Shown piece after piece: positions 28,656 to 40,816 of a stretch of DNA of 64,000 nt. Under the pieces are notes generated by a model. That model was given only the letters and a program-made list of their open reading frames with translations. It searched no databases and had not been told where the DNA came from. Position 1 is the first letter of the stretch; every line of letters starts with the position of its first letter. Origin of the DNA: an uncultured Actinomycetota bacterium (GTDB taxonomy: Bacteria > Actinomycetota > Actinomycetes > JAHEKZ01); assembly GCA_963706045.1 (NCBI GenBank), contig CAVPLY010000007.1:33214-97213 (forward strand), written 5' to 3'. The translations under genes and the position numbers were made by a program.

Positions 28656-29565
28656 ATGACGACTCAGCGGACTTCCACCGGCCAGCCACCTGCCGACCTT
28701 CACGATCGGAGGCGACCTGCCGGTCCATCGACTCGGCTACGGGGCGATGCAGATCACCGGCGAGGGCATCTGGGGACCACCTGCCGACCACGACGGTGCC
28801 TTGGCGGTCCTGCGTCGGGCGGTCGAGCTCGGCGTCGACTTCATCGACACCGCTGACTCGTACGGTCCCACTGTCAGCGAAGAGCTGATCGCGGAGGCCC
28901 TGCATCCGTACCCCGAGAACCTGGTGATCGGCACCAAGGCCGGGCTCACCCGCACAGGCCCTGGGCAATGGCACGTGCTGGGGTTTCCGGAGTACCTCAA
29001 GCAGCAGTGCGAGCTGAGCCTGCGCCGGCTCAAGGTGGACTGCATCGACCTCTACCAGCTGCACCGGGTCGATGCCCGGGTGCCGCTGGCCGATCAGCTG
29101 GGCGCGCTGGTCGATCTCCAGCAGCAGGGAAAGATCCGGCACATCGGGCTCTCCGAGGTCACGGTGTCGCAGCTGAGGGCAGCACTTGAGATCACCCCGA
29201 TCGCCACCGTGCAGAACCTCTACAACGTCGGCAACCGGGCGAGTGAGCCGTTGCTGGACGTCTGCGCCTCGGCCGGCATCGGATTCATTCCGTGGTTCCC
29301 CGTCCAGACCGGCGAGCTCGCCGCCACGGGTGGGCCCCTCGATGAGCTGTCACTCAGAACGGGTCACACGCCGGCACAGCTGGCGCTGGCCTGGCTCCTG
29401 CAGCGCTCGCCGGTGGTGCTGCCCATTCCGGGCACCAAGTCGGTGGCACACCTCGAGGAGAACTGCGGCGCGGCTGCCGTATCCCTCGACGCGGGAGCGA
29501 TCGCGGTGCTCGACGCGTTGGTGGACGCCGGTACTGACCCCGAATCGACAGGCACCTCGCGCTGA
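28656..29565 (+). CDS. Aldo/keto reductase (apparent frameshift in the first ~12 codons)
   Basis: [43 protein letters not shown] and PIPGT. The ATG at 28656 is out of frame with the body. Confidence 0.88.
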
Positions 29566-29591
29566 CCCGGAGCGTCGGTTCGAAGATCGTG

Positions 29592-29619
29592 GGCCCTGAC
29601 GACTACAGTCGTCAGGGCC
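29592..29619. terminator. Stem-loop downstream of the AKR gene
   Basis: GGCCCTGACGAC-TACA-GTCGTCAGGGCC, a perfect 12-bp stem. Confidence 0.7.
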
Positions 29620-29713
29620 GCCTTCCCCCGGCGTATTCGTGAGTTCTGCATGTGACAGACACCGGTCCGTGTGGACCCGGTTCTGATCGATCTCCAGGGA
29701 GGCCTGCACCGGT

Positions 29714-32700
29714 ATGGCTGACTCGTTCGTGCACCTGCACGTGCACACCGAGTACTCCATGCTCGACGGTGCCGCACGCGTCGGAGAGCTCCTCGACGCG
29801 GCTGTCGACCAAGACATGCCAGCTGTGGCGATAAGTGATCACGGCAACGTCTTCGGTGCCTACGACTTCTACCGGCAGGCCAAGGACCGCGGCATCAAGC
29901 CGATCATTGGCATCGAGGCCTATCTGACGCCGGGTACTGACCGGCGTGACCGCTCGCGGGTGCGCTGGGGCAATGGCGGGCAGGACGACGTCTCCGGTGC
30001 TGGGGCCTACACCCACATGACGATGCTTTCTGAGTCGACGACCGGAATGCACAACCTCTTCCGGCTCTCGAGCTTGGCCAGCATCGAGGGCTTCTACTTC
30101 AAGCCCCGCATGGACCGGGAGCTGCTGCAGACGTACTCCGACGGCATCATCGCCACAACAGGGTGTCCTTCCAGTGAGGTGCAGACCCTGCTGCGTCTCG
30201 GCAAGTTCGACGCGGCAGTTCGGGCGGCGTCCGACTACCGTGACATCTTCGGGGCCGACAACTACTTCTGCGAGCTGATGGACCATGGGCTCGACATCGA
30301 ACGCCGCGCCCGCGACGACCTGCTGAGGCTCGCCAAGCAGCTGAACCTGCCGCTGGTCGCCACCAACGACCTGCACTACACCCACGCCGCTGACGCCGAG
30401 TCGCATGCCGCACTGCTCTGCGTGCAGTCAGGGTCGACGCTGGCCGACCCCACGCGCTTCAAGTTCGACGCCGACGAGTTCTATCTCAAGTCGTCCGCCG
30501 AGATGCGTGATGTCTGGCGTGACTACCCCGAGGCGTGCGACAACACCTTGCTCATCGCCGAGCGCTGCGAGGTGGCGTTCAACGAAGACGCCAACCTCAT
30601 GCCGCAGTACGACGTTCCCGACGGCGAGACCGAGGCGTCGTGGTTCGTCAAAGAGGTCGAGCGCGGTCTCCATCAGCGGTACCCCACGGGAATCTCCGAC
30701 GAAGTTCGCAAGCAGAGCGAGTACGAAGTAGGTGTCATCTGCCAGATGGGCTTTCCTGGGTACTTTCTGGTCGTTGCCGACTTCATCACGTGGGCCAAGG
30801 ACCAGGGCATCAGGGTCGGCCCTGGACGCGGTTCTGCTGCGGGCTCGATCGTCGCCTACGTCCTTGGGATCACCGATCTCGATCCACTCCAGCACGGTCT
30901 GCTCTTCGAGCGTTTCCTCAACCCCGAACGTGTGTCGATGCCCGACATCGACATCGACTTCGACGAGCGCCGACGCGGCGACGTAATCCGCTACGTCACC
31001 GAGCGCTACGGAGACGACCGCGTCGCGCAGATCGTCACCTACGGAACCATCAAGGCGAAGCAGGCGATCAAGGACTCCTCGCGAGTGCTCGGATACCCCT
31101 ACGCGCTCGGCGACCGCATCACCAAGGTGATGCCGCCGTCGGTCATGGGCAAGGACATCTCGCTGGGCGGCATCTTCGACGCCAAGAACAAGCGCTACGG
31201 CGAGGCCGGAGAGTTCCGTGCTCTCTACGAGTCAGATGTCGACGTCAAGCGCGTCGTCGACACCGCCCGTGGACTTGAGAACCTCAAACGGCAGTGGGGC
31301 GTCCACGCTGCTGGGGTCATCATGTCGAGCGAGCGGTTGGTCGACCACATCCCGATCATGAAGCGCGAGCAGGACGGCGCGATCATCACGCAGTTCGACT
31401 ACCCGACCTGCGAGAAGCTCGGGTTGTTGAAAATGGACTTCCTCGGGCTTCGCAACCTGACCGTTCTTGAAGACGCTCTCGCCAACATCGAGGCGAACCG
31501 CGGCGAGACCGTCGTCCTTGAGACCCTTGCCCTGGACGACAAGCCCACCTACGAGCTGCTTGCCACCGGCGACACCCTTGGGGTCTTCCAGCTCGACGGC
31601 GGTCCCATGCGAGCGCTCCTCCGCTCGATGGTGCCTGACAGCTTCGAAGACATCTCGGCCGTTCTGGCGCTCTACCGGCCCGGCCCGATGGGCGCCAACG
31701 CTCACAACGACTACGCCGATCGCAAGAACAACCGAAAACCCGTCACGCCGATCCACCCCGAGCTTGCCGAGCCGTTGTCCGACATCCTGGGCGACACCTA
31801 CGGCGTCATCGTCTACCAAGAGCAGGTCATGGCGATCGCGCAGAAGCTTGCCGGATACACGCTCGGCCAAGCCGACCTGCTCAGGCGGGCCATGGGCAAG
31901 AAGAAGAAGGAGGTGCTCGACAAAGAGTTCGTGCCCTTCTCCGAGGGTATGCGAGAGCGTGGCTACTCCGACAAGGCGATCTCGACGCTGTGGGAGATCC
32001 TCGTTCCGTTCGCCGACTACGCTTTCAACAAGGCGCACACCGCTGGCTACGGGCTCGTCTCCTACTGGACCGCCTACTTGAAGGCGAACTTTCCAGCCGA
32101 GTACATGGCAGCTCTGCTCACGTCGGTCCGCGACGACAAAGACAAGTCAGCTCTCTACCTGCATGAGTGTCGGCGCATGGGCATCAAGGTGCTTCCGCCA
32201 GACGTCAACGACTCCGATGCCAACTACACGCCGCGCGGCACCGATATCAGGTTCGGACTGGCAGCGATTCGAAACGTCGGCCTCAACGTCGTCTCATCTG
32301 TGGTCGAAGCGCGGCGGGCCAAGGGACGGTTCGTCGATTTCGCCGACTTCCTGGCCAAGGTCGACCAGGTCGTCTGCAACAAGCGGGTCATCGAGTCGTT
32401 GGTCAAGGCCGGCGCCTTCGATTCGCTGGGACACACCAGACGCGGGCTGATCACGGTTCACGTCGAGGCGGTCGATCTGGTCCTGGAGACCAAGCGCGCC
32501 GAGGCCATCGGTCAGTTCGACCTCTTCGGCTCGTCTGACGACAGTGAGACAGCCGCATTCACCTCAGAGCTGACAATTCCCGTCGGTGAGTGGGAGAAGT
32601 CGACCTTGCTCACCCATGAGCGCGACATGCTGGGCCTGTATGTGTCCGATCATCCGCTGTTCGGCGTCGAGCATGTGCTGGCCGCCAACTCCGACTGCTC

Positions 32701-33229
32701 TGTTGCTGAACTGATGGCCGACGGCGATCGCGCTGATGGCTCGACGGTCACCGTCGGAGGACTCATCACCGGGCTGCAGCGCAAAGTCACCAAGCAGGGC
32801 AACGCCTGGGCTATCGCCACCCTGGAGGATCTCGAGGGTGCGATCGAGGCGATGTTCTTCCCGGCCACATACAACCTCGTTGCGCCCCACCTTCACGAAG
32901 ACCGCATCGTCCTGGTCAGAGGACGCATCGACCGACGCGAAGACGTGCCGAAGCTGATCGCCATGGAAATGACGTTGCCTGATCTCGAGAGCGAGGAGGC
33001 AAGGGGGCCGGTGGTCATCTCGCTACCGGTGGCGCGCTGCGTGCCGCCCGTCGTCGACCGCCTGAAAGAGGTGCTTAGCGCCCACCCCGGAACCGTCGAG
33101 GTGCACCTCCAGCTGCAGTCCGGCGGTCGCACAACGGTGATGCGCCTCGATGACCGGCTGCGCGTTCGTCCCTCGCCCGCACTCTTCGGGGATGTGAAGG
33201 CGCTTCTGGGCCAGAGCAGTGTCGCGTGA
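29714..33229 (+). CDS. dnaE: DNA polymerase III alpha subunit DnaE1
   Basis: PHP domain [39 protein letters not shown]; normal length, no intein seen. Confidence 0.98.
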   Translation: MADSFVHLHVHTEYSMLDGAARVGELLDAAVDQDMPAVAISDHGNVFGAYDFYRQAKDRGIKPIIGIEAYLTPGTDRRDRSRVRWGNGGQDDVSGAGAYTHMTMLSESTTGMHNLFRLSSLASIEGFYFKPRMDRELLQTYSDGIIATTGCPSSEVQTLLRLGKFDAAVRAASDYRDIFGADNYFCELMDHGLDIERRARDDLLRLAKQLNLPLVATNDLHYTHAADAESHAALLCVQSGSTLADPTRFKFDADEFYLKSSAEMRDVWRDYPEACDNTLLIAERCEVAFNEDANLMPQYDVPDGETEASWFVKEVERGLHQRYPTGISDEVRKQSEYEVGVICQMGFPGYFLVVADFITWAKDQGIRVGPGRGSAAGSIVAYVLGITDLDPLQHGLLFERFLNPERVSMPDIDIDFDERRRGDVIRYVTERYGDDRVAQIVTYGTIKAKQAIKDSSRVLGYPYALGDRITKVMPPSVMGKDISLGGIFDAKNKRYGEAGEFRALYESDVDVKRVVDTARGLENLKRQWGVHAAGVIMSSERLVDHIPIMKREQDGAIITQFDYPTCEKLGLLKMDFLGLRNLTVLEDALANIEANRGETVVLETLALDDKPTYELLATGDTLGVFQLDGGPMRALLRSMVPDSFEDISAVLALYRPGPMGANAHNDYADRKNNRKPVTPIHPELAEPLSDILGDTYGVIVYQEQVMAIAQKLAGYTLGQADLLRRAMGKKKKEVLDKEFVPFSEGMRERGYSDKAISTLWEILVPFADYAFNKAHTAGYGLVSYWTAYLKANFPAEYMAALLTSVRDDKDKSALYLHECRRMGIKVLPPDVNDSDANYTPRGTDIRFGLAAIRNVGLNVVSSVVEARRAKGRFVDFADFLAKVDQVVCNKRVIESLVKAGAFDSLGHTRRGLITVHVEAVDLVLETKRAEAIGQFDLFGSSDDSETAAFTSELTIPVGEWEKSTLLTHERDMLGLYVSDHPLFGVEHVLAANSDCSVAELMADGDRADGSTVTVGGLITGLQRKVTKQGNAWAIATLEDLEGAIEAMFFPATYNLVAPHLHEDRIVLVRGRIDRREDVPKLIAMEMTLPDLESEEARGPVVISLPVARCVPPVVDRLKEVLSAHPGTVEVHLQLQSGGRTTVMRLDDRLRVRPSPALFGDVKALLGQSSVA

Positions 33230-33281
33230 CAACACCGGAACGGCGGTCCCCGCCCGCCCGGCCTGCGGGTAGCCTTGGCCG

Positions 33282-34892
33282 ATGAGTACGCCCGGGGGGA
33301 CTGAACCGAACGGCCTCGATCCCTCGCGTGCAGATCCAGCATGGGGCGACGTGACTCCTGAGCCATTGCCGGCTGCTGGCCGCACTCGGCGTTGGTGGAT
33401 TCTGGGCCTAGCGGCGGTTCTCGTCGTCGTCGCGGCCGGAGCTGGATTTGCTGCCGGGTCTGTGGTCGGTGGTGGTGGAACGCAGCCAGAAGATGTTCTC
33501 CCCGACACGGTGGTCGCCTACGCCGACATCGACCTCGATCCCGCAGCAGAGCAAAAGGTCAACCTGGTCCGCCTGCTCGGTGAGTTCGGCGGCGTCGAGC
33601 GCGAGTACGGCAGCGAGCCCGATCTGCGCACCCTGGCCGTCGACTGGCTGGTCGATGGCAGCGATCTCGAGGGGGCCGACGTCGAAGCCTGGGTGGGCGA
33701 TCGGGCTGGATTCGGGCTCAGCTGGGATGCCTCTGCCCAAGACCTGACACCGGTTGCGGCCGTGCAGGTGACCGATGAGCAAGAGGCCCTTGCCGATCTG
33801 CAGCGGGTCCTTGGCCCAGACCAGGTCGCGGCCATCGACGGGTATGTCGTGGTCACCGGCGACCTTTTTGAAGAGTTCGACGCCCTGGACTCCTTGGATG
33901 GTGTTGTCGGGTCCGCGCTCCCTGGTTCCCAAACAGCAGCCGACGTGGTCGAGGCGGGCCAGGTGGCTTCTCTGGCGCAGTCTGAGGCCTTCTCCTCGAT
34001 TTTCGATCGGCTCGACGAGGGGATACTGACCGCATACCTCGATGGTGAGCGACTGGCGGCGGCGGGCGAAGAGATCGCCGGTTCGCTCGGGGTCTTTGGA
34101 CCCGACCTCGCAGACGGGCTCTTCGGTGTGGCCGATGCCGGTCAGGCTGGAGCGGTGCTGCGCGCCGAACCACAAGCTCTGGAGGTGCTGGCCTGGAGCA
34201 GCGTCGCCCCTCCGGGCGGAGGGCAGGCCGCTTCCCTCATGACGTCGCTCCCGGCCAGCACATTGCTCGCTGTCGAGTTCACCGGCGGAAGAGAACTCGT
34301 CGCGGACCGGTGGGAGATGACTCTTGCTGACATCAGCGGACAGGGCCTGTCGACCCGGGAGTTCGAGCGCGCACTCGATGAGGCCGAGGCGCAGTTCGGC
34401 ATCAAGCTACCGGCCGATCTTGAGACGCTTGTCGGCGATGACGCGGTCATTGCGGTCGAAGGCGCCGGTCTGCTGACGGGCATCCCCGGTATCGGTCTTC
34501 TCTCAGTGACCGACCCTGCCGACGGCACCGAGCTCGCCTCGCGGATCGAGGATCGGCTGGCCTCGTTGACCGGAGGTTTCGGCGTCACGGCGAACGGCAC
34601 CGACGACGGCCTTGTCGTGGCCAGCACAGATGACTACGCCGACCAGCTGGCATCTGGCGATGGCGACCTCGGCGCTGATCCGACCTTCAGTGAAGCTCTC
34701 CCCGATGCGGGGTCGGCAACCAACCTGGTGTGGGTCGACTTCTCGGCGGTGAAAGGTTTCGCAACGCTCGCGGCCCCCGAGTCAGCCGGCGTGATCGAGC
34801 CGCTCGAGGCCTTCGGCCTGACGGTGACGCCGGACGCCGGTGGGTCGCTGGTCCGTGCTCGGCTCGTCTTCGGCGCTGGCGAGTCCTCGTGA
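33282..34892 (+). CDS. Membrane-anchored acidic protein, DUF3352-like
   Basis: N-terminal TM, GGGTQPEDVLP...Y..IDLDP...QK and WVGDR motifs resembling DUF3352. Confidence 0.65.
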   Translation: MSTPGGTEPNGLDPSRADPAWGDVTPEPLPAAGRTRRWWILGLAAVLVVVAAGAGFAAGSVVGGGGTQPEDVLPDTVVAYADIDLDPAAEQKVNLVRLLGEFGGVEREYGSEPDLRTLAVDWLVDGSDLEGADVEAWVGDRAGFGLSWDASAQDLTPVAAVQVTDEQEALADLQRVLGPDQVAAIDGYVVVTGDLFEEFDALDSLDGVVGSALPGSQTAADVVEAGQVASLAQSEAFSSIFDRLDEGILTAYLDGERLAAAGEEIAGSLGVFGPDLADGLFGVADAGQAGAVLRAEPQALEVLAWSSVAPPGGGQAASLMTSLPASTLLAVEFTGGRELVADRWEMTLADISGQGLSTREFERALDEAEAQFGIKLPADLETLVGDDAVIAVEGAGLLTGIPGIGLLSVTDPADGTELASRIEDRLASLTGGFGVTANGTDDGLVVASTDDYADQLASGDGDLGADPTFSEALPDAGSATNLVWVDFSAVKGFATLAAPESAGVIEPLEAFGLTVTPDAGGSLVRARLVFGAGESS

Positions 34893-35434
34893 GGGGTGGA
34901 CGCGGCGTGGCTGCAGTCGTCGCACAGACGTGCCTGGTCGCTGGTGTCCTCGGTGCCGTGATGGGTCTGGTGTGGTGGTGGGTGGCCCCTACCGAGCAGT
35001 GGATCGTGGTCGACGGAGGGCTGGCTCCCGCCGATGTCGGCTTCACCGCCTGGTTCGCTGCCGATGCGTGGTTCCTGGTGCTAGGTGCGGTGGCAGGTGT
35101 CCTGCTTGCTGCGATCAGCTGGCGCCCCGGGCGACACCGTCCTGTCACGCTCGCTGTGGGAGTCATCGTTGGCGCTGCCCTTGTCGCTCTGGTCGCCTGG
35201 GCACTGGGTGGTGCTCTGGGAGCGCCCGATCCGGAGGCTGTGGCCAGGACCGCAGATGTCGGCACGACACTGCAAGGGGCCCTGGGGATTCGTGCGATCG
35301 GGGTGGTGTTCGGACCACTGTTGACCTCGCTCACGGTGTTGGCGCTCCTGCTCTCCAACGCTCGTCTCGACGAGGAAGGCAGCCGTGGCTCCAGCCCGGC
35401 GGCGGACACCGGGGTACCTCGACAGATCTGGTAG
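34889..35434 (+). CDS. Conserved membrane protein (DUF2567-like)
   Basis: G.VWWWVAP and F.AD.WF motifs, four TM segments, upstream of hisD. Confidence 0.7.
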   Translation: MRGGRGVAAVVAQTCLVAGVLGAVMGLVWWWVAPTEQWIVVDGGLAPADVGFTAWFAADAWFLVLGAVAGVLLAAISWRPGRHRPVTLAVGVIVGAALVALVAWALGGALGAPDPEAVARTADVGTTLQGALGIRAIGVVFGPLLTSLTVLALLLSNARLDEEGSRGSSPAADTGVPRQIW

Positions 35435-35456
35435 CGGCCCTTCCTAGACTGATCCC

Positions 35457-36761
35457 ATGATCTCCCGCATCGACCTCACCGGTGACGCACGCGTCTCGGT
35501 TGATCCGCGCGACGTCCTGCCACGCGCTGAACTGAGCGTTGAGCGTGCCGTCGACGACGTGAGGCCGCTGTGCGACGACGTCCGGCTGCGCGGGGCGGTC
35601 GCGGTCCGCGAGATCACCGCTCGCTTCGATGGCGTTGACCTCGAGTCGGCCAGGGTGCCGCAGGCGGCGATCGAGCAGGCCGTCGAGGCTCTTGACCCCA
35701 CCCTGCGCTCGGCTCTGGAAGAGGCCATCGTCAGGGCGCGTCGCGTCCACGATGCTCAGGTGCGTAGTGACGTCACGGTCGAGGTCATCCCCGGGGGACA
35801 GGTCACCGAGAGATGGGTCCCGGTGGGCCGGGTTGGTCTGTACGTGCCGGGCGGATTGGTGGCGTACCCGAGCAGCGTGGTCATGAACGTGGTGCCGGCG
35901 CAGGTGGCTGGGGTTGGTTCGATCGCCGTCGCCTCGCCACCGCAACCTGAGAACGGGGGCCTTCCCAACGCTGCAGTGCTGGCGGCGTGTGGGCTGCTGG
36001 GTGTCGACGAGGTGTACGCCGTTGGTGGGGCCCAGGCGATCGCCATGTTCGCCTACGGGACCAGCGACTGCCCTCGTGTCGACGTGGTTACCGGTCCCGG
36101 CAACATCTATGTCGCGGCAGCAAAGCGGCTGCTGAAGGGGGTCATAGGCATCGACTCCGAGGCGGGGCCAACTGAGATCGGCATCCTGGCTGACGCGGGA
36201 GCCGACCCCAGCTACCTGGCGGCCGATCTCATCGCGCAGGCCGAACACGACGAGAACGCGTCGTGCCTTCTGGTCACCGACTCCAGGGCACTTCTTGACG
36301 CGGTTGACCTCGAGGTCGCCGATCAGATGGGCCACACCCGCCACCGTGAGCGCGTTCAGGTGGCGCTGTCGAAACAGAGCGCGTACGTACTTGTCGACGA
36401 CCTCGATCACGGGCTCGAGATCGTCAATGAGTGGGCCGCCGAGCACCTGGAGGTGGTCACGGCCGACGCCGCTGAGCGGGCAGCCAAGGTGACGAACGCT
36501 GGCGCAATCTTCGTCGGGCCGTACTCGCCGGTGTCGCTGGGTGACTACCTTGCAGGGTCGAATCACGTCTTGCCGACGGGAGGCACCGCGCGTCATACCG
36601 CCGGGCTCTCGGTGCAGTCGTTCGTGAGAGGCATCCATGTCGTCGACTACAACCGTGCCGCGCTCGCCGCCTCGGCGCCGCACATCGACGCCCTAGGTGC
36701 GGCTGAAGATCTGCAGGCACACGTTGCGGCAGTGCGCGTCCGCATCCCGCGAGATGCCTGA
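35457..36761 (+). CDS. hisD: Histidinol dehydrogenase
   Basis: [29 protein letters not shown] and GSNHVLPT. Confidence 0.97.
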   Translation: MISRIDLTGDARVSVDPRDVLPRAELSVERAVDDVRPLCDDVRLRGAVAVREITARFDGVDLESARVPQAAIEQAVEALDPTLRSALEEAIVRARRVHDAQVRSDVTVEVIPGGQVTERWVPVGRVGLYVPGGLVAYPSSVVMNVVPAQVAGVGSIAVASPPQPENGGLPNAAVLAACGLLGVDEVYAVGGAQAIAMFAYGTSDCPRVDVVTGPGNIYVAAAKRLLKGVIGIDSEAGPTEIGILADAGADPSYLAADLIAQAEHDENASCLLVTDSRALLDAVDLEVADQMGHTRHRERVQVALSKQSAYVLVDDLDHGLEIVNEWAAEHLEVVTADAAERAAKVTNAGAIFVGPYSPVSLGDYLAGSNHVLPTGGTARHTAGLSVQSFVRGIHVVDYNRAALAASAPHIDALGAAEDLQAHVAAVRVRIPRDA

Positions 36762-37852
36762 TGGGGCTGGCCGACCTGCCCCTCCGCGATGAGCTGCGGG
36801 GCGAGACGCCCTATGGCGCTCCGCAGCTCGATGTCTCGGTGCGGCTGAACACCAACGAAAACCCCTTCGCACCGAGCCCGGAGGTCGCGGGGTCGATCGC
36901 CGGTCGTGTCGCCGAAGTCGTGACTGGGCTCAACCGCTACCCCGACCGTGATGCGCAACGGCTACGGGAAGCACTTGCCGCCTATGCCTCGGAACGAACG
37001 GGGGCGCCGCTGTCGGCTTCTGACGTCTGGCCGGCGAACGGGAGCAACGAGGTGCTCCAGCAGATCCTTCAGGCCTTCGGCGGCCCAGGACGAACGGCGA
37101 TCGGGTTCGAGCCGTCCTACTCGATGCACCGTCTGATCTGCCGAGGAACCGCCACCCTCTATGTGGCGTGCGGACGGCAAGGAAACTTCGCATTGACGCC
37201 GGAGAGCGTGGCTCATGCGGTACGACAGGAGGCGGCCGACGTCGTCTTCGTCTGTACTCCGAACAACCCGACCGGAACCGCTGTCGGCCTTGAGGTGATC
37301 GAGGCCGCCTACAACGCCACCTCCGGCGTCGTCATCGTTGATGAGGCCTACGCCGAGTTCAGCGGTTTGCCGAGCGCGGTCACGCTGCTCCCCGGCCGGG
37401 AGCGTCTGGTGGTCGTGCGCACATTGAGCAAGGCTCTCGAGCTCGCCGGTGCGCGGATCGGATACGCGGTGGCCAATCCGTCGGTGATTGACGCCCTCCA
37501 GCTGGTCCGCCTGCCCTATCACCTGTCGACGGTCACCCAGGCTGTTGGGCTCGCCGCGTTGGAACACACCACCGAGCTGCTGAAGTGGGTCGATGAGCTG
37601 AAGCGACAGCGCGACCGAATCGCGTCAACGCTTGTCGAACTCGGTTACGTCGTTCTGCCGTCAGAGGCAAACTTTGTATTCTTCGGTGGGCTGGGCGACC
37701 AGACAAGGCTGTGGAACGCACTGGTCGAATCGAGCGTGCTGATCCGCGATGTCGGTGTTCCCGGACACCTGCGGGTGACCGCTGGCACAGCCGAGGAGAC
37801 TGATGCGTTCCTGGCAGCGATAACCACCCTGACGAAGGAGACCACCGCATGA
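36761..37852 (+). CDS. hisC: Histidinol-phosphate aminotransferase
   Basis: LNTNENP, NRYPD, NGSNE, PNNPTG, DEAY and RTLSKA. Confidence 0.96.
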   Translation: MGLADLPLRDELRGETPYGAPQLDVSVRLNTNENPFAPSPEVAGSIAGRVAEVVTGLNRYPDRDAQRLREALAAYASERTGAPLSASDVWPANGSNEVLQQILQAFGGPGRTAIGFEPSYSMHRLICRGTATLYVACGRQGNFALTPESVAHAVRQEAADVVFVCTPNNPTGTAVGLEVIEAAYNATSGVVIVDEAYAEFSGLPSAVTLLPGRERLVVVRTLSKALELAGARIGYAVANPSVIDALQLVRLPYHLSTVTQAVGLAALEHTTELLKWVDELKRQRDRIASTLVELGYVVLPSEANFVFFGGLGDQTRLWNALVESSVLIRDVGVPGHLRVTAGTAEETDAFLAAITTLTKETTA

Positions 37853-38463
37853 GCACCGCCTCTCCGACGGGCGTTCGCAGCGCTCGCGTGGAACGAACGA
37901 CCAAGGAGTCCTCGGTCGTCGTTGACCTAGACGTCGACGGTACTGGCGTGGTCGAGGTCGACACCGGCGTGCCCTTCTTCGATCACATGCTGTCCCAACT
38001 GGGTAAGCACGGTCTCCTCAACCTCACCATCCGCACCAATGGTGACCTCGATGTCGACGCCCACCACACCGTCGAAGACACCTCGCTGGCTGTGGGGCAG
38101 GCGATTCGTGAGGCACTCGGCGACAAGTCTGGCGTTCGTCGCTTCGGCTATGCAGTTGTTCCGCTCGATGAGACCCGGGTGCTCGCGTCCGTCGACCTCT
38201 CGGGACGCCCTTACCTGGTGCACTCCGAGCCTGAGCTCGTCGAGCTGATCGGCAGCTACGACACCACCTTGACCCGGCACATCTGGGAGTCGATCGTCGC
38301 CGAGGCGCGCATCACCTTGCATGTCGACGTGCAGACCGGGCGCAATGCACACCACGTCGTCGAGGCCCAGTTCAAGGCGGTGGCTCGGGCTCTGCGCGAC
38401 GCCGTCGCCATCGACCCCCGGGTCGCGGGAGTCCCGTCGACCAAAGGAACCCTGGGCCAGTGA
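37849..38463 (+). CDS. hisB: Imidazoleglycerol-phosphate dehydratase
   Basis: [30 protein letters not shown] and PSTKG. Confidence 0.97.
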   Translation: MSTASPTGVRSARVERTTKESSVVVDLDVDGTGVVEVDTGVPFFDHMLSQLGKHGLLNLTIRTNGDLDVDAHHTVEDTSLAVGQAIREALGDKSGVRRFGYAVVPLDETRVLASVDLSGRPYLVHSEPELVELIGSYDTTLTRHIWESIVAEARITLHVDVQTGRNAHHVVEAQFKAVARALRDAVAIDPRVAGVPSTKGTLGQ

Positions 38464-38512
38464 TGGCGGTCTGCACGAGGTGGCGGCCTGCGGCAGCCGC
38501 GGCAGCGATGCC

Positions 38513-38668
38513 GTGAGCAGTGCACTGCCGGTCGTGCTGATAGGGCTCGCTGGCTTCTGCTTCGGCGGCGTCTATGCGCTGGTGACACAGAAGAAGCCGT
38601 GGTGGGTCGTTGCCCTGGTGGCAGCTTTCGGCGTCCTATGTCTTGCCGGGGGGTGGCTGTACCTGTGA
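38513..38668 (+). CDS. Small two-TM membrane protein (51 aa)
   Basis: [20 protein letters not shown]..., GTGA overlap with hisH; a similar small gene lies between hisB and hisH in other actinomycetes. Confidence 0.75.
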   Translation: MSSALPVVLIGLAGFCFGGVYALVTQKKPWWVVALVAAFGVLCLAGGWLYL

Positions 38669-39303
38669 GCCCGCGACGTCCCAGGGTCGTTGTCCTCGAC
38701 TACGGCTCGGGCAACGTCCGTTCAGCGGTCCGGGCACTGGAACGGGCCGGTGCCGAGGTCGACTTGACTGCCGACCGGAAGTCAGCTGCTGAAGCTGGTG
38801 GCTTGGTGGTCCCGGGAGTTGGCGCCTTCGCAGCCTGCATGGAGGGACTGCGGGGCATCAGTGCAGGCGAGATCGTGGGGCAACGGCTGGCTGAGCGGCG
38901 CCCCGTGCTCGGCATCTGTGTAGGGATGCAGGTCATGTTCGACAAGGGTGTCGAACATGGCGTGCAGACCGATGGCTTCGCCGAGTGGTCGGGCGCCGTG
39001 ACCGAGCTCGAGGCTCAGGTTCTTCCCCACATGGGATGGAACACCGTGGACGTGCCCAAAGGCTCGGTCCTCTTTGCCGGCATCGAGTCCGAAAGGTTCT
39101 ACTTCGTGCACTCCTACGGCGTGCGAACGTGGCAGGACAATCCCGGCGAGCACCGCGGCCCACCGCTGGTGACCTGGGCCACGCATGGCGCTCCCTTCGT
39201 CGCTGCCGTCGAGGACGGCCCCCTCAGCGCCACGCAGTTCCACCCGGAGAAGTCCAGCGACGCAGGCCACCTGCTGCTCCGCAACTGGCTCGCCACCCTC
39301 TAG
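38665..39303 (+). CDS. hisH: Imidazole glycerol phosphate synthase glutaminase subunit
   Basis: DYGSGN, PGVG, GICVGMQ, PHMGWN, YFVHSY and QFHPEKS. Confidence 0.97.
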   Translation: MSPRRPRVVVLDYGSGNVRSAVRALERAGAEVDLTADRKSAAEAGGLVVPGVGAFAACMEGLRGISAGEIVGQRLAERRPVLGICVGMQVMFDKGVEHGVQTDGFAEWSGAVTELEAQVLPHMGWNTVDVPKGSVLFAGIESERFYFVHSYGVRTWQDNPGEHRGPPLVTWATHGAPFVAAVEDGPLSATQFHPEKSSDAGHLLLRNWLATL

Positions 39304-39313
39304 CCTTCACCGC

Positions 39314-39631
39314 ATGAGCAAGGAAAAGGCGCGTCGGCGGGCTGAGGATCGCGCGAAGAAGAGTGCGCCCAAGCCGCGACCAGCAGACAAGGCGGAGCAG
39401 CCTGCCAGCCCTACGAAGAAGAAGGCGGTGCGGCGCTCAGCGCGTGAGCAGCGGCGTCGACGTCGAGTGTGGGTCATCGGCGGTATCTGGCTCGTCGCCA
39501 ACGCAGTGATCTGGATCGTCAGCGGCGCCGGCAACTGGGAGGCCAAGTGGTTGGGACTCACGTTGACCACCATCTTGATCCCACTGATCGTCTGGCTGGT
39601 CTGGGACCCCGAAGGGCGCGTCGACCTCTGA
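39314..39631 (+). CDS. Hypothetical membrane protein (basic N-terminus, two TMs; 105 aa)
   Basis: K/R-rich first half followed by two hydrophobic helices; fills the hisH-priA gap. Confidence 0.7.
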   Translation: MSKEKARRRAEDRAKKSAPKPRPADKAEQPASPTKKKAVRRSAREQRRRRRVWVIGGIWLVANAVIWIVSGAGNWEAKWLGLTLTTILIPLIVWLVWDPEGRVDL

Positions 39632-39667
39632 CGCGTTCGCCTCTCGTTGACCCGTAGAGTTCCCGCC

Positions 39668-40402
39668 ATGTCTCCGTCACGCCTCGAGCTGCTCCCTGCC
39701 GTCGATGTCGCTGACGGTCAGGCCGTTCGACTTGTGCAAGGTGAGGCAGGCTCGGAGACCTCGTACGGCGATCCATGGTCGGCAGCGCGAGCCTGGCAGG
39801 AGGCCGGGGCAGAGTGGATCCATCTCGTCGATCTCGATGCAGCCTTTGGTCGCGGAAGCAATCGTGAGCTGTTGGCGGAGGTCGTTGGTCGACTCGATGT
39901 CAAGGTCGAGCTCAGTGGCGGCATTCGCGACGATGCCTCGCTGGTTGCTGCGCTTGCGACCGGATGTCGCCGGGTCAATCTCGGAACCGCCGCCCTCGAG
40001 AACCCCATTTGGTGCGCCGCCGCCATCGCTCAGCATGGCGATCGGATAGCTGTCGGTCTGGATGTGCGAGGGACCACGCTGGCTGCCAGAGGATGGACAG
40101 AGGAGGGCGGCGATCTCTGGGAAACCCTCGACCGTCTTGAGCGCGACGGCTGCTCGCGGTACGTGGTCACTGACGTCACCAAGGACGGCACCCTGCAAGG
40201 TCCCAACCTTGAGCTGCTGCGCGAGGTCTGCGCCCGGACGAAGAAGCCGGTGGTGGCCAGTGGCGGCGTGTCGTCCCTCGCCGATCTCGAGGCCATCGCC
40301 TCGCTTGTGCCTGACGGCGTGGAGGGCGTCATCGTCGGTAAGGCGCTCTACGCGGGCGCGTTTACGCTGCAAGATGCGCTCGCGGCCGTGTCGGAACGCT
40401 GA
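39668..40402 (+). CDS. priA: Bifunctional phosphoribosyl isomerase PriA (HisA/TrpF)
   Basis: [25 protein letters not shown] and AARGW (PriA-type residues); no trpF in the adjacent trp cluster. Confidence 0.93.
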   Translation: MSPSRLELLPAVDVADGQAVRLVQGEAGSETSYGDPWSAARAWQEAGAEWIHLVDLDAAFGRGSNRELLAEVVGRLDVKVELSGGIRDDASLVAALATGCRRVNLGTAALENPIWCAAAIAQHGDRIAVGLDVRGTTLAARGWTEEGGDLWETLDRLERDGCSRYVVTDVTKDGTLQGPNLELLREVCARTKKPVVASGGVSSLADLEAIASLVPDGVEGVIVGKALYAGAFTLQDALAAVSER

Positions 40403-40411
40403 CGCCCGGCT

Positions 40412-40807
40412 GTGAGGCATGTGGTAGAGGTGCGGATCGGGCTGAGCGCATCGCTCAACGAGGTATCGGCGTTAGCAGAAGACCCGGGCCAGTGGCCTCC
40501 GATGGCGGGCGCGAACGTGTGCCTTCGTGTCGAGTCGACGTCTGTTGCCGATCACTTCGAGTACACGATTGAGTCAGGGTTACCCGTCGTGGACCATCAC
40601 GGCGAAGTGAGGCTGACCGACACCGGTCGAGGCGGTACCGAGGTGGTGTTCACAGAGTCCTTCCGGCCACGCATCTGGGGAACCGGCGGGTTTCTTCGCG
40701 GCAGGCGTGAGCGCGCGCTGATCGAGACAGCCCGCCAATGGGACCAGAGTGCCGGGGTCGATCCTGTGCAGCCGTCCGGGCCTTCCGGTTCGGGAACAGC
40801 GACCTAG
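40412..40807 (+). CDS. SRPBCC/START-like hypothetical protein
   Basis: [20 protein letters not shown]...GGT.V.. pattern typical of the SRPBCC fold. Confidence 0.6.
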   Translation: MRHVVEVRIGLSASLNEVSALAEDPGQWPPMAGANVCLRVESTSVADHFEYTIESGLPVVDHHGEVRLTDTGRGGTEVVFTESFRPRIWGTGGFLRGRRERALIETARQWDQSAGVDPVQPSGPSGSGTAT

Positions 40808-40816
40808 GCTGGACGC

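Noticed and set aside
29714-33229. Intein or split dnaE
   Set aside because: Normal length and a continuous PHP-polymerase-OB arrangement.
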